From: Polyangiales bacterium
GTDB taxonomy: Bacteria > Myxococcota_A > Polyangia > Polyangiales > Ga0077539
Assembly (NCBI GenBank): GCA_046351535.1
Contig: JAXLYG010000005.1
Location: 1-37,333, forward strand
DNA length: 37,333 nucleotides
Direction: 5' to 3'
A program made the translations under genes and the position numbers. Shown here piece by piece: positions 9,146 through 18,274 of this stretch. Numbering within the stretch: the first letter of the stretch is position 1; every line of letters starts with the position of its first letter. Under the pieces are notes generated by a model that was not told the origin of the DNA, ran no database searches, and worked only from the letters and a program-made list of their open reading frames with translations.

Positions 9146-10610
9146 CTATACGCCGAGGCCCGGCGTCGGCGAAGTTTTCTCCGAGGGCCCTCGCGTAGGC
9201 CTTCGCGAAGACCTTTCCGAAGACCGCCGTGGTGAGCTCCCTGTCCTCCGAGAGGTCGTCGTGCTCCTTGAGGTACTGGCGCCAGAAGAGCCCCGTCTTG
9301 AAGGGCCACACCTTCCAGAACCCCTCGGATTTCTCGTCGGCCACGCGCGCGATTCGCTCGGGCGAGAGCCGCTCTGAGAGGAGCCTCCGAACGCCCTCCA
9401 TGAGCCCGCTGAGGAGGGCCACCTGGTGCGTCATGATCTCTGCGTACTGGCTCGTGAGGTTGTGCGCCCTCACCTGCGCGTCCTGCGCGTGCCAGTCGAG
9501 CAGGTACGCGAGCACGGCGCGCGGGTCGGTGGCCTCTTCGACGGGCGAGGGCTGCGCGCTCTTGCGCGACCCGCCGACCATCTCGGCCTCGAACTGCTCG
9601 TGCCCCTGACGCAGCCCCACGAACGCCGTCGCGAAGGCGTCGAGCGACGTGAGGATCCGCACGAGGAAGCCCTCCATCTCCTCGGGCGTCTGCGGCGGCG
9701 CCTGCGCCGGGAGGAGGGCCTGCGCGAGCCGCGCGATGAGCTGCGAGCCCGCGCCGCCGCCAACACCCGCGGGCAGCGCAACGCCCTGCGACTGCGCGAG
9801 CGCCTGCATCTGCGGCTCGTTCGCGGCGTCGGGAAACTGCTCCAGAAAGAGCTGCACGGCCGCGGGCACGAGATGCGGCGGCGTCTGCTGGAGCACGCCG
9901 TAGAGCGTGGCGTAGAGGTCGTTCCACGACTGGCGGTAGGCCGTGACGCGACCGCCGAGCGCGAGGATCTGCCCCCGCGTCGGACCGAGCTGCCCGGCGC
10001 CCGCCGCGGGCCTCGGAGCCTGCTGCGCCTGCGGCGCCTGCGGCGACGGACCGCCCGTGATCCCCGCGAGGATGGCGCTCCCGTCGATCATCATCGTCGA
10101 CGATCCGCCGTCGCCCAGGGAGGGATGTCCCCCCATGAGCCCCTCGGACATCATCGTGTGCTCGCCGACGCCGGGGTCACCGCCCGACGGCACCATGCTC
10201 AGCCGCTGCTGCGCGGCCATCGCCTCGGAGACGTGCGCGCGCGAGAACGTGATGCGCACCGCGCCGACGCGGAGGTCTTCGGTGCCCGTGAGCCCGACGG
10301 GCGCGTTCTTCTCGAGCCTCCGACCGTTGCAGGTCGTGCCGTTGGTCGACCCGAGGTCGTAGAAGGCCGCGCTGTTGTCGTCGAACTGCACCACCGCGTG
10401 CCACTGCGACACGAAGGGGCGCGCGATCGAGAGGTCGTTCAGGGGGTTGCGCCCGATGCGAACGGGCGACCGCGTGAACGTGTACGTGCGCGACGAGCCG
10501 TCGTCGAGGCTGTCTACACGTACAAGCAGGGCGAGCATCGGGCGACCGGAGGTCCTTTCGGGGAGCGAACGCGTCGTGTCGGGGCGCCCCAACGCGGTCG
10601 AGTTCGTCAC
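9135..10610 (-). CDS. tagH: T6SS-associated FHA-domain protein (TagH/Fha-like); true start possibly 10538
   Basis: N-terminal FHA domain (YTFTRSPVRIGRNPLNDLSI...GSTNGTTCNGRRL). Long Gln/Pro/Ala-rich linker and a C-terminal domain as in TagH. Sits between clpV and the sheath gene. Confidence 0.65.
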   Translation of the reverse strand: MTNSTALGRPDTTRSLPERTSGRPMLALLVRVDSLDDGSSRTYTFTRSPVRIGRNPLNDLSIARPFVSQWHAVVQFDDNSAAFYDLGSTNGTTCNGRRLEKNAPVGLTGTEDLRVGAVRITFSRAHVSEAMAAQQRLSMVPSGGDPGVGEHTMMSEGLMGGHPSLGDGGSSTMMIDGSAILAGITGGPSPQAPQAQQAPRPAAGAGQLGPTRGQILALGGRVTAYRQSWNDLYATLYGVLQQTPPHLVPAAVQLFLEQFPDAANEPQMQALAQSQGVALPAGVGGGAGSQLIARLAQALLPAQAPPQTPEEMEGFLVRILTSLDAFATAFVGLRQGHEQFEAEMVGGSRKSAQPSPVEEATDPRAVLAYLLDWHAQDAQVRAHNLTSQYAEIMTHQVALLSGLMEGVRRLLSERLSPERIARVADEKSEGFWKVWPFKTGLFWRQYLKEHDDLSEDRELTTAVFGKVFAKAYARALGENFADAGPRRIGAG

Positions 10611-10740
10611 CGCAGGGTCGCGACGTTATCAGGGTCGGGGCCGCGAATGCACGGGCTTTTCTCGGCGCCCGTGACGCCCTCTCCCGATCCTGCGAGAGAG
10701 GGCGTCGCTGGGGGTGTGGCTCTTCGAGGCGGCGCCTCGA

Positions 10741-13422
10741 CTACGCCGCGGGGGCCTCGACCTCGCGGAACTCGATGCGCCATCCGCCGTCGGGCGAGAG
10801 CGACACGTCGAGGTGCTTGGGCAGCGGGCCCTCGGCCATGCGCTCGAGGATCACGCGCGACACCGCGGGGATCAGCGAGCCTCGCATGATGTGCTCGACG
10901 TTGCGCGCGCCGGTCTCGGCCTCGGTGCAGCGGCGCGTGATCTCGTCGATGAGCTCCGCGGCGAAGTGCGTCTCGACGCGGTGGCTCGTGTAGAGGCGCT
11001 TGCCGAGGCCCTTGAGGCGCATCTCGGTGATCTCGCGCATGATCGTCCGCGGGATGGGCGCGTAGGGGATGATCGTCATGCGCGCGAGGAGCGCGGGCTT
11101 GAAGTGCTTCGAGAGCACCGGGCGGATCTGGGCGACGACCTCGTCGACGGGGGGCACGTCGTCGCGGTCGTAGAGCTTCATGATCGCGTCGGTGGCGAGG
11201 TTCGACGTGAGGATGATGATCGTGTTGCGGAAGTTGATCTGACGACCCTCTCCGTCGGCGCACGAGCCCTTGTCGAACACCTGGTAGAACAGGTTCATGA
11301 TGTTGACGTCGGCCTTCTCGCACTCGTCGAGGAGCACCACGGAGTACGGGCGCTGACGCACCGCCTCGGTGAGCACGCCGCCCTCGCCGTAGCCCACGTA
11401 GCCCGCCGACGCGCCGATGAGCCTCGACAGCGCCGCCTGCTCCTGGAACTCCGACATGTTGATCACGGTCATGAAGCGCTCGCCGCCGTACATGGCCTCG
11501 GCGAGGGCGATGGCCGTCTCGGTCTTGCCGACGCCCGACGGGCCCACGAAGAGCAGCACGCCCACGGGCTGGTTCGGGTTCGACACGCCCGCCTGCGACG
11601 CGCGGATGGTCTCCGCGACGATCTTCATGGCGTGGTCCTGGCCGCGCACGCGCTCGCGGAGCTTGTCCTCGAGGGTGAGCAGCGTGGCGACGTCGTCCTT
11701 CTGCATCTTGCTGACGGGGATGCCCGTCCAGTTCTCGATGATGCGCGCGACGGTGTCGGGGTCGACGTCGGCGGAGACGAGCGCGGGCTTGCTCTTGACC
11801 TTGTCGTAGGCCTCGATCGAGTCGGTGAGGGCCTTGCGCGCGGCCTCGGCCTCCTCCGCGGGCGTGTCCTTCGTGAGCGCGTGCACCCTGGCGCGCGCCT
11901 CTCGCACGAGCTTCACGGCGTCGCGCTCGGCGTTCCACTTCGCGGTGAGCTCGTCGATCGACGACTTCGTGCGGTCGATCGTCGTGAGGAGCTTCTCGTA
12001 GTGCTCCTGATCGATCTTGAAGCCCGACGACACGTCGCGGTCGAGGGCCTCCTTCTCGCGCAGCGACGCGGCGAGCGTCACGTCGAGGTTCACGAGGTCC
12101 TCGGGGCGCGCGTCGAGGTTGATCTTCACGCGCGCGGTGGCCGTGTCGAGCAGGTCGACGGCCTTGTCGGGCAGGAGCCTCCCCGAGATGAAGCGGTTCG
12201 AGAGCTTCACCGCCGCCACGATGGCCTCATCGCGGATCGTGATGTTGTGCGCCTTCTCGAACACGGGCCTCAGCCCGCGGAGCATGAGAATGGCGTTCTC
12301 CTCCGAGGGCTCGTCGACGGCCACGGGCTGAAAGCGCCGCGCGAGGGCCGCGTCTTTCTCGAAGTACTTCTTGTACTCCGACCACGTCGTCGCCGCGATG
12401 GTGCGGAGCTCGCCGCGCGCGAGCGCCGGCTTGAGGATGTTCGCCGCGTCGGAGCCGCCCTGCTGACCGCCCGCGCCGATGATGGTGTGCGCCTCGTCGA
12501 TGAAGAGCACGATGGGCTTGGGCGAGCCCTTCACCTCGGAGATGACGTTCTTCATGCGGTTTTCGAACTCGCCCTTGACGCCCGCGCCCGCTTGAAGCGC
12601 GCCGAGGTCGAGGTTGAGGAGCTCGACGTTCTTGAGGTGCTCGGGCACGTTGCCCGCCACGATCTCGAGCGCGAGGCCCTCGGCGAGGGCGCTCTTGCCG
12701 GTGCCCGGATCGCCCACGATGATCGGGTTGTTCTTGCGGCGCCGCGAGAGGATGTCGATGAGCTGACGGATCTCGGTGTGGCGCCCGAAGATGGGGTCGA
12801 TCTTGCCGTCGCGGGCCTTCTGCGTGAGGTTCTCGGTGAAGCGCTGGAGGTTCTCGGCGCCCGCCGTGGGACCGCCCTGCGCGCCGGGGACGCCCGCGCC
12901 GCTGGCCGACTGCGTCGCGCCCGACGAGGCCACGCCGACCTCGATGGACTCCTTCGAGGGCGCCACGATGTCGAGGAACTCGCGCTTGAGCGCGTCGCGC
13001 GGGATCGCTTCGAGCTCGGGGAAGGTCTCCGCCGAGTAGCGCCCCGGGTTGTTGATGAACTGCCACACGAGCGCGCCCGTGCGGAGCTTCGTCGCGTCGG
13101 TCGAGAGCGAGGCGAGCGTCCAGGCGTCTTCGCAGAGCTGAAAGATGCTCTCCGAGAGCACGGGCTTGCCCGCGTTGCCCGTGCGCAGACGGCTCAGGGC
13201 CTTCTGGATGCGCCCCACGAGCCGCGTGCGGTCCTGCTCGAACTGGTGGAGGATCCGCGCGAGGTCGCCGTCCTCCTTCTCCGCGAGCACGAGGAGCACG
13301 TGCTCGACCATCACCTCGTAGCCCTGCGAGCTGACCACCTTCGCGGCGGCGCCGTTGAGGGCCTCCTTGCAGGTGGGGGTGAGCCGATCGATGAGGACCT
13401 TCCTGTCGACGAGCAGCGCCAT
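10741..13422 (-). CDS. clpV: T6SS AAA+ ATPase ClpV (TssH)
   Basis: 893 aa. ClpV-type N-domain. Two AAA+ modules with Walker A GDPGTGKSA and GPSGVGKTE, Walker B FIDEAH and VLLDECEKA, and a sensor region. Lies downstream of tssF-tssG as in canonical T6SS loci. Confidence 0.9.
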   Translation of the reverse strand: MALLVDRKVLIDRLTPTCKEALNGAAAKVVSSQGYEVMVEHVLLVLAEKEDGDLARILHQFEQDRTRLVGRIQKALSRLRTGNAGKPVLSESIFQLCEDAWTLASLSTDATKLRTGALVWQFINNPGRYSAETFPELEAIPRDALKREFLDIVAPSKESIEVGVASSGATQSASGAGVPGAQGGPTAGAENLQRFTENLTQKARDGKIDPIFGRHTEIRQLIDILSRRRKNNPIIVGDPGTGKSALAEGLALEIVAGNVPEHLKNVELLNLDLGALQAGAGVKGEFENRMKNVISEVKGSPKPIVLFIDEAHTIIGAGGQQGGSDAANILKPALARGELRTIAATTWSEYKKYFEKDAALARRFQPVAVDEPSEENAILMLRGLRPVFEKAHNITIRDEAIVAAVKLSNRFISGRLLPDKAVDLLDTATARVKINLDARPEDLVNLDVTLAASLREKEALDRDVSSGFKIDQEHYEKLLTTIDRTKSSIDELTAKWNAERDAVKLVREARARVHALTKDTPAEEAEAARKALTDSIEAYDKVKSKPALVSADVDPDTVARIIENWTGIPVSKMQKDDVATLLTLEDKLRERVRGQDHAMKIVAETIRASQAGVSNPNQPVGVLLFVGPSGVGKTETAIALAEAMYGGERFMTVINMSEFQEQAALSRLIGASAGYVGYGEGGVLTEAVRQRPYSVVLLDECEKADVNIMNLFYQVFDKGSCADGEGRQINFRNTIIILTSNLATDAIMKLYDRDDVPPVDEVVAQIRPVLSKHFKPALLARMTIIPYAPIPRTIMREITEMRLKGLGKRLYTSHRVETHFAAELIDEITRRCTEAETGARNVEHIMRGSLIPAVSRVILERMAEGPLPKHLDVSLSPDGGWRIEFREVEAPAA

Positions 13423-13467
13423 GGTCGTGCTCTCTCCTTTCGCGGTGTAACTGTGGGAGGGGGGACG

Positions 13468-14586
13468 TTAGGGTGTCTTCGCCTCGGAGCTTGCGGGCTC
13501 CGACGCGGTGGAAGATGTCGCTTGCGGGACCTGCACGATCATGTGCACCTCGCGGTCTGCACCGACGGTGAGCCACGAGTCGAAGCCGAGGCGTGATGCA
13601 TCTTTGGGAGAAGACCCGAGGCGCATCGACGGGGCCTCGCCGGGCGCGAGGATGAGCTCCACGTCGAACTCCAGCGGGTCGCGGACGTAGAGCGTCACCA
13701 CCTCGCGGAGCAGCTCCAGCCCGGCTTTGCCCGGCTGGAGCTCTTCGAAGGCCTTGCGGCGCAGGGGTCCGAGGATCACCCGGAACTTCCCCCCGCGGTC
13801 GAAGACCTTGCGGCCCACGGTGGCGTCTTCGCCGAGCGTGGTGTTCGCCACGCCGAGCCGCAGGAGCTGCCGCTCCTCGATGGACACCCAGCGCCCCACG
13901 AACTGATCGACGGAGACGGTGGCGCCGTTGAGGGTCTTCGCGAGCACGTCGGAGAGCACCGCGACGAGGCCCTCGGAGGTGCGCGCCCTGCGCGCCATGA
14001 GCGGCGCCAGACGCAGGAGGTGAGGGATGCTGAGGCTCGTCGGGAGGCGATCGCCGAAGCCGTCGAAGCCCGCGAGGCACAGCGACCGGCGAGACCACGG
14101 GTCCCGCGAGTCCGAGGTGTAGTCCGTGAGGAACGAGTACTTCGTGTGCGCGCGGTAGAAGAGCGACAGCACGCGGTGGTGAAACAGGTCGAGGAACTCG
14201 CGCTGCGCGGGGTGATCGGCGTCCTCGTGGATGACGTCTTCGACGAAGTACGTCGGCAGCGGCGAGACCGTGCCCGTGAGCCCGAGAAAGGTCGTCGTGA
14301 CCTCGTAGTAGGGCTCCTCGTTGGCGCCGTGCGCGACGTCGTCGACCTTGCGCTTGCGCACGACGATGTTGGTCACGTCGCTGGCGCTGAAGGCGAGCGA
14401 CGGGTCGTGCCTGAAGCGAATGGCCTCGCGGCCCACGGGCCCCGCGTCGCCCACGCGCACGGCGTTGGGCGTCGCGCGCTCGAGCAGCTCGACGGCGCGA
14501 TAGAACCCGACCCGCTGCGGCGACGCGAGGAGCGCCGTCAGGCTCGGCGTCACAGAATCGTCTGTCTTCCGCTCTTCGCCGTCCAC
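13468..14586 (-). CDS. tssG: T6SS baseplate subunit TssG (ImpH/VasB family)
   Basis: 372 aa. N-terminal GFYRAVELLER motif typical of TssG. Overlaps the 3' end of tssF by 37 nt. Confidence 0.75.
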   Translation of the reverse strand: MDGEERKTDDSVTPSLTALLASPQRVGFYRAVELLERATPNAVRVGDAGPVGREAIRFRHDPSLAFSASDVTNIVVRKRKVDDVAHGANEEPYYEVTTTFLGLTGTVSPLPTYFVEDVIHEDADHPAQREFLDLFHHRVLSLFYRAHTKYSFLTDYTSDSRDPWSRRSLCLAGFDGFGDRLPTSLSIPHLLRLAPLMARRARTSEGLVAVLSDVLAKTLNGATVSVDQFVGRWVSIEERQLLRLGVANTTLGEDATVGRKVFDRGGKFRVILGPLRRKAFEELQPGKAGLELLREVVTLYVRDPLEFDVELILAPGEAPSMRLGSSPKDASRLGFDSWLTVGADREVHMIVQVPQATSSTASEPASSEAKTP

Positions 14587-16301
14587 TGGTACTCCGCCTG
14601 GGAGGGGTGCGCCTTGGCCTTGAGTTCGCTGAACGTGTTGATGCCCGCGTGCGCCGCGAGCACCTCATCGACCACCGAGGCGAAGAGGTAGAGGTCCCCT
14701 TCGCCCGCGAAGCCCTGCTCGTCGAGCTCGATCGTGGTGCCCACGCCGCGCACGGGGACGCCCTTCACGAGGCGCTCGACGGGCCGCGTGCCGACGCCGC
14801 GGATGGCCTCGATGCGCAGGCGATTCGCGCGCCCCGCCTGACGGTCGACGGCCGCTTGAAAGTTGTAGAGGTCGAGCACCGAGCGCAGCGCCTCGGCGTC
14901 GGCGAGGGAGCGGTAGTTGAGCGCGAGGTGCGACACGAGGCGCCAGTGCAGCGACTTGCCGAAGGGCGGGCGCACGGGCACCGACACGGGGGTGATGTTC
15001 TTGAAGCGCGCGAAGGGCGGAGAGCCCGGCGCGGGCACCGAGATGTCACCGAGGCGCAGCTGCGCGGGCAGCGCGCGGTTGGTCACCGTCACCTCGATGG
15101 AGAGGGTCTCCTCCACGGGGTTGTTGGGCACGTCCCTCGGCGTGTGGATCGAGAGCCACGTGTCGATGCCGTCGTCGAGGGGCGAGGTCGAGCGCCGCAC
15201 GCGGTAGTACGCGGGGACGTCCTCGGGCGTGAGCGCGTGCAGGAAGTCGAAGAAGGGCCGGTACTCCTTGCGGTCGGTGCGGCCCGCTTGCAGGCCCGTC
15301 ACGCGGTCGATGGAGTACAGCTCCATGTGCCGCGGATCGATCTCCGACGCGCGGAGGAGGTACTCGTGCGCGTTGGGGTCGACCTTGATGGGGTCGGCGT
15401 CCGTCGCGAAGAGGTTGATCACCGGCGAGCAGTGCAGCTTGATGACGTTCTTGTCGATCTGCGCGGGCAGCGGCGGCGGTCGCTCGAAGTTGAGCACGAT
15501 CTCGAAGCGGTCTTCGGCGCGGGCCGCGAAGGCGTCGAGGCCGCGGATGTCGAAGAAGTAGAACTTCGACGGGAGCGTGAAATACTCCTGCAGGAGCCGG
15601 TATCCGCCGGGGGCGAACTTGGGCCACGGGAGGAGCGCGCACTCGGGGTCGAAGCCCACCGAGCGGATCGCGCGCTTGCCGATGTCGACGCCCTTGGCGC
15701 CCGCCGAGAGCCCCCGCACGCTGACGTTGCGGCAGTAGTGCGAGAGCCAGAGAAAGAGCATCGACGCCGTGCCCGGGTCGCCGTGCAGAAAGATGCGGAT
15801 CCCGTCGGGGTGAAAGACCGCGCTGCGACCGGCTTCATGCGTCTGGAGCTGGATGCGGATGGCGGGCTGCGACGGCTTCGACTGGTCGAGGATGACGTCT
15901 TGAAGCGTGACCGGCAGGAGGTCGACGTCGGCCGAGGTGCGGAAGCGGCACGCGGTCCCCTCGGCGGGCGAGGCCGCGAGCTCGGTGCCGCGCGCGATCT
16001 TCTGGCGCGTGCGGAGGGCGCCCGCGACGGGGGTGAACTCCACGATCGAGCACGCGGGCAGCGTCCGCAGGTAGTGCGGGAGCAGCAGGTCGCAGAGCGT
16101 GTGGATGATCTCGGGGACGTCGTCGTCGAGGCGCTCCCGCACGCGCGCCGTGAGGAACGAGAAGCCTTCCAGCAGGCGCTCGACGTCGGGGTCACCGCTG
16201 CGCTCCGCGAGCAGGCCGGCGACGGCGGGGTAGGCCCTGCCGAACTCGCGCCCGAGCTCGCGGAGGTACGTGAGCTCGCTCTGGTAGTACTTGCTGAACA
16301 C
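14550..16301 (-). CDS. tssF: T6SS baseplate subunit TssF (ImpG/VasA family)
   Basis: 583 aa. N-terminus MFSKYYQSELTYLRELGREFGRAYPAVAGLL matches the TssF consensus (YY..EL.YLRELG.EFA..HP). Confidence 0.8.
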   Translation of the reverse strand: MFSKYYQSELTYLRELGREFGRAYPAVAGLLAERSGDPDVERLLEGFSFLTARVRERLDDDVPEIIHTLCDLLLPHYLRTLPACSIVEFTPVAGALRTRQKIARGTELAASPAEGTACRFRTSADVDLLPVTLQDVILDQSKPSQPAIRIQLQTHEAGRSAVFHPDGIRIFLHGDPGTASMLFLWLSHYCRNVSVRGLSAGAKGVDIGKRAIRSVGFDPECALLPWPKFAPGGYRLLQEYFTLPSKFYFFDIRGLDAFAARAEDRFEIVLNFERPPPLPAQIDKNVIKLHCSPVINLFATDADPIKVDPNAHEYLLRASEIDPRHMELYSIDRVTGLQAGRTDRKEYRPFFDFLHALTPEDVPAYYRVRRSTSPLDDGIDTWLSIHTPRDVPNNPVEETLSIEVTVTNRALPAQLRLGDISVPAPGSPPFARFKNITPVSVPVRPPFGKSLHWRLVSHLALNYRSLADAEALRSVLDLYNFQAAVDRQAGRANRLRIEAIRGVGTRPVERLVKGVPVRGVGTTIELDEQGFAGEGDLYLFASVVDEVLAAHAGINTFSELKAKAHPSQAEYQWTAKSGRQTIL

Positions 16302-16449
16302 CGACTCGCTCCCAGGTGTTTGAGGGCGCGGAGCTTACAGCCACCCCGGCAACGTCGTCACCATATCAAGACCGGCCGCAACGCCACCACCAATCTGTCA
16401 CCGCCGTCTACCGGTTTCGTGAGAGCCTCACGCGACGGTTGACCCTGCG
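16302..16449. promoter_or_regulatory. Divergent intergenic region between tssF (minus) and the patatin-like gene (plus); likely carries both promoters
   Basis: 148-nt non-coding gap. Locally lower GC (e.g. caccatatcaagaccgg, caccaatctgtcacc) between divergently transcribed genes. No specific sigma motif identified. Confidence 0.3.
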
Positions 16450-17208
16450 ATGACGGCGATGACCCTTCGAGCGTGGCTCCGCGAGGCGCCCTTCACCCTG
16501 GCGATGTCGTCGGGCTTCTTCGGCTTCTACGCCCACGCGGGCGCCCTCACGGCCCTCGCCGCCGCGGGCTTCACCCCCTCGGGCTACGCGGGCTCCTCCG
16601 CGGGCGCCCTGGTCACGGGGCTCAGGGCCGGAGGGTGCTCCCTCGACGAGCTGCGTCAGACCCTCTCGTCGCTTCGAAGAGAAGACTTCTGGGACCCCGG
16701 ACCCGGTCTGGGCCTCCTCCGCGGGCGGCGCTTTCGCGAGCGCCTCGAGGCGATGGTTCGGCACCGAACGATCGAGAGCTGCCCGACGCCCTACACGGCC
16801 TCGGTCTTCGAGCTCTCCGCGCGCCGCACGCGCAGCCTCCACCGCGGATCGCTCACGACGGCCATCCACGCCTCGTGCGCGGTGCCGGGGCTCTTTCACC
16901 CCGTGCGCATCGAAGGCTCGCTCTACGCCGACGGAGGCATCGCCGATCGCCCCGGGATCCACGGCCTCCACTACGGGAGCCGCGTGCTGCACCACCACCT
17001 CGCGTCGCGCTCTCCGTGGCGCCGCGAGGGGAGCGCCTCGACGCTCCCGCCGAAGCGGAACAACCTCGTGGCGGTCTCGATCGAGGGGATCACGCGCCTC
17101 AACCCCTTCGCCCTCGACCGCGGCATGAAGGCCTTTCGCGAGGGTGAAGACGGCATGCGCCGCGCCCTCGACCTGCCCGTGCACGACGGCCTCGTGTCGG
17201 TGCGATAG
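16450..17208 (+). CDS. Patatin-like phospholipase (PNPLA family)
   Basis: GxSxG nucleophile motif (GSSAG) and catalytic Asp in a DGG motif (YADGGIAD). The N-terminal oxyanion region is SSGFFGFYAHAG, a degenerate form of GGGxRG. Confidence 0.7.
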   Translation: MTAMTLRAWLREAPFTLAMSSGFFGFYAHAGALTALAAAGFTPSGYAGSSAGALVTGLRAGGCSLDELRQTLSSLRREDFWDPGPGLGLLRGRRFRERLEAMVRHRTIESCPTPYTASVFELSARRTRSLHRGSLTTAIHASCAVPGLFHPVRIEGSLYADGGIADRPGIHGLHYGSRVLHHHLASRSPWRREGSASTLPPKRNNLVAVSIEGITRLNPFALDRGMKAFREGEDGMRRALDLPVHDGLVSVR

Positions 17209-17226
17209 GATCGCGACACCTTTCCG

Positions 17227-18184
17227 ATGCTTCGAAGCGTGACCGTGCGGAGTGTGCTCGCCTTGCTCGCGCTCGCGCTCGGGTGCGTCTCGAACGTGCC
17301 GCAGGGGAGCTGCCCCGCGGGTCAGATCAGCGTGTGCCGCGCGGTCGGTGACTGTCACTGCGGCCCCCCGTGCACGCTGGGCTCGCGCTGTCCGTCAGGC
17401 ATCGCGGGCACGCCCATGTGCCTCGAGCTCTCGGACTCGCCGGGCATGGGCGTCTGCGTCGACGTCTCGTGGGCCACGGGCGCGCCCCCCGGAATGCTCC
17501 GCTGCGGCACCGAGCTCTGCACCGCCACCACGCCCTGCGTCGACTGGGGAACCGGGGGCATCCACTGCGCCCCCGCGTGCACGTCGAACACGATGTGCCG
17601 CTCGGGGTGCTGCGCGACGGTGAGCGACCGCGACACGATGCGCACGTCGACGGTGTGCGCGCCCAACGCGGGCTTCCGCTGCCTCCCCGGCATGGCCGCG
17701 GGGACGCGGTGCGAGCCCGCGTGCGAGAGCGGCCAGACGTGCATCGCGAAGCTCCGCGGGCGCGCGCTGCGTGGCGCCCTGCTCGACGGACGCCGACTGC
17801 GCAGGCGGGTGCTGCCTCGACGTCACCGGCGGCGGACGCGCGTGCGCCGCCGCGCGTGCGGACTGCACCCGCGGACCGCTGACGCCCGCGTGCTCCAATC
17901 TCGACCCCTGCGTGACGGTGACCTACGCCGCGCGCGGAGACCACTGCGGAGGCTCCGCCGACAGCGTCGAGGTGCGCGTTCGAAACGACTGCACGCGCGC
18001 GGCCGACGTCGAGATCTGCTACGAGCGCCGCGACGGGACGTGCGAGTGCGGGCTGCACCGCAACGTCGCCCCCGGCGCCGAGGGAACGCCCGCATTCTGG
18101 GCCTGCGACCTCACGGGGAACTTCAGGGTCTCGTCGCGCGCCGCGGGCGACGCCGAGGGCTGCCACCCCCACGCGTGCAACTGA
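17227..18184 (+). CDS. Cys-rich secreted lipoprotein with an apparent +1 frameshift near 17745-17770 (pseudogene or sequencing error)
   Basis: Lipobox signal LALALGC. Cys-rich repeats (CxxxxC, CC) run in frame 1 up to ...CIAKL (about 17755) and continue in the +1 frame from ...CVAPCSTDADCAGGCC (ORF 17771..18184). The frame-1 tail after 17760 is Arg-rich junk. Confidence 0.45.
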
Positions 18185-18274
18185 GTCGCAGCGCGTTCAA
18201 CGCGGCGCGTGGCTCCGACGACGAACGCCGGCGGCGCTCACGCAAGCGCGCGATGCGGAGATAGACTCGGCGCC

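Noticed and set aside
10714-13596. 960-aa plus-strand ORF (and similar: 12227..14668 -, 14607..16442 +, 18197..20506 -, 21223..24318 +, 22088..23782 -, 30776..33568 +, 32912..35593 -, 35708..37267 -, 6278..7516 +, 3591..4850 +)
   Set aside because: Translations are dominated by Arg/Gly/Ala/His/Asp runs with no motifs. They lie antisense or off-frame to genes with clear domain signatures (ClpV, TssF/G, MMPL, KS, kinase, MFS). They are typical stop-codon-poor artefacts of 70%+ GC DNA.
17760-18264. Arg-rich C-terminal 170 aa of the 345-aa ORF 17227..18264 as genuine protein sequence
   Set aside because: After about 17760 the frame-1 translation becomes RRRVLPRRHRRRTRVRRR-type junk while the +1 frame continues the Cys-rich pattern. 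Interpreted as a frameshift rather than a real basic tail.
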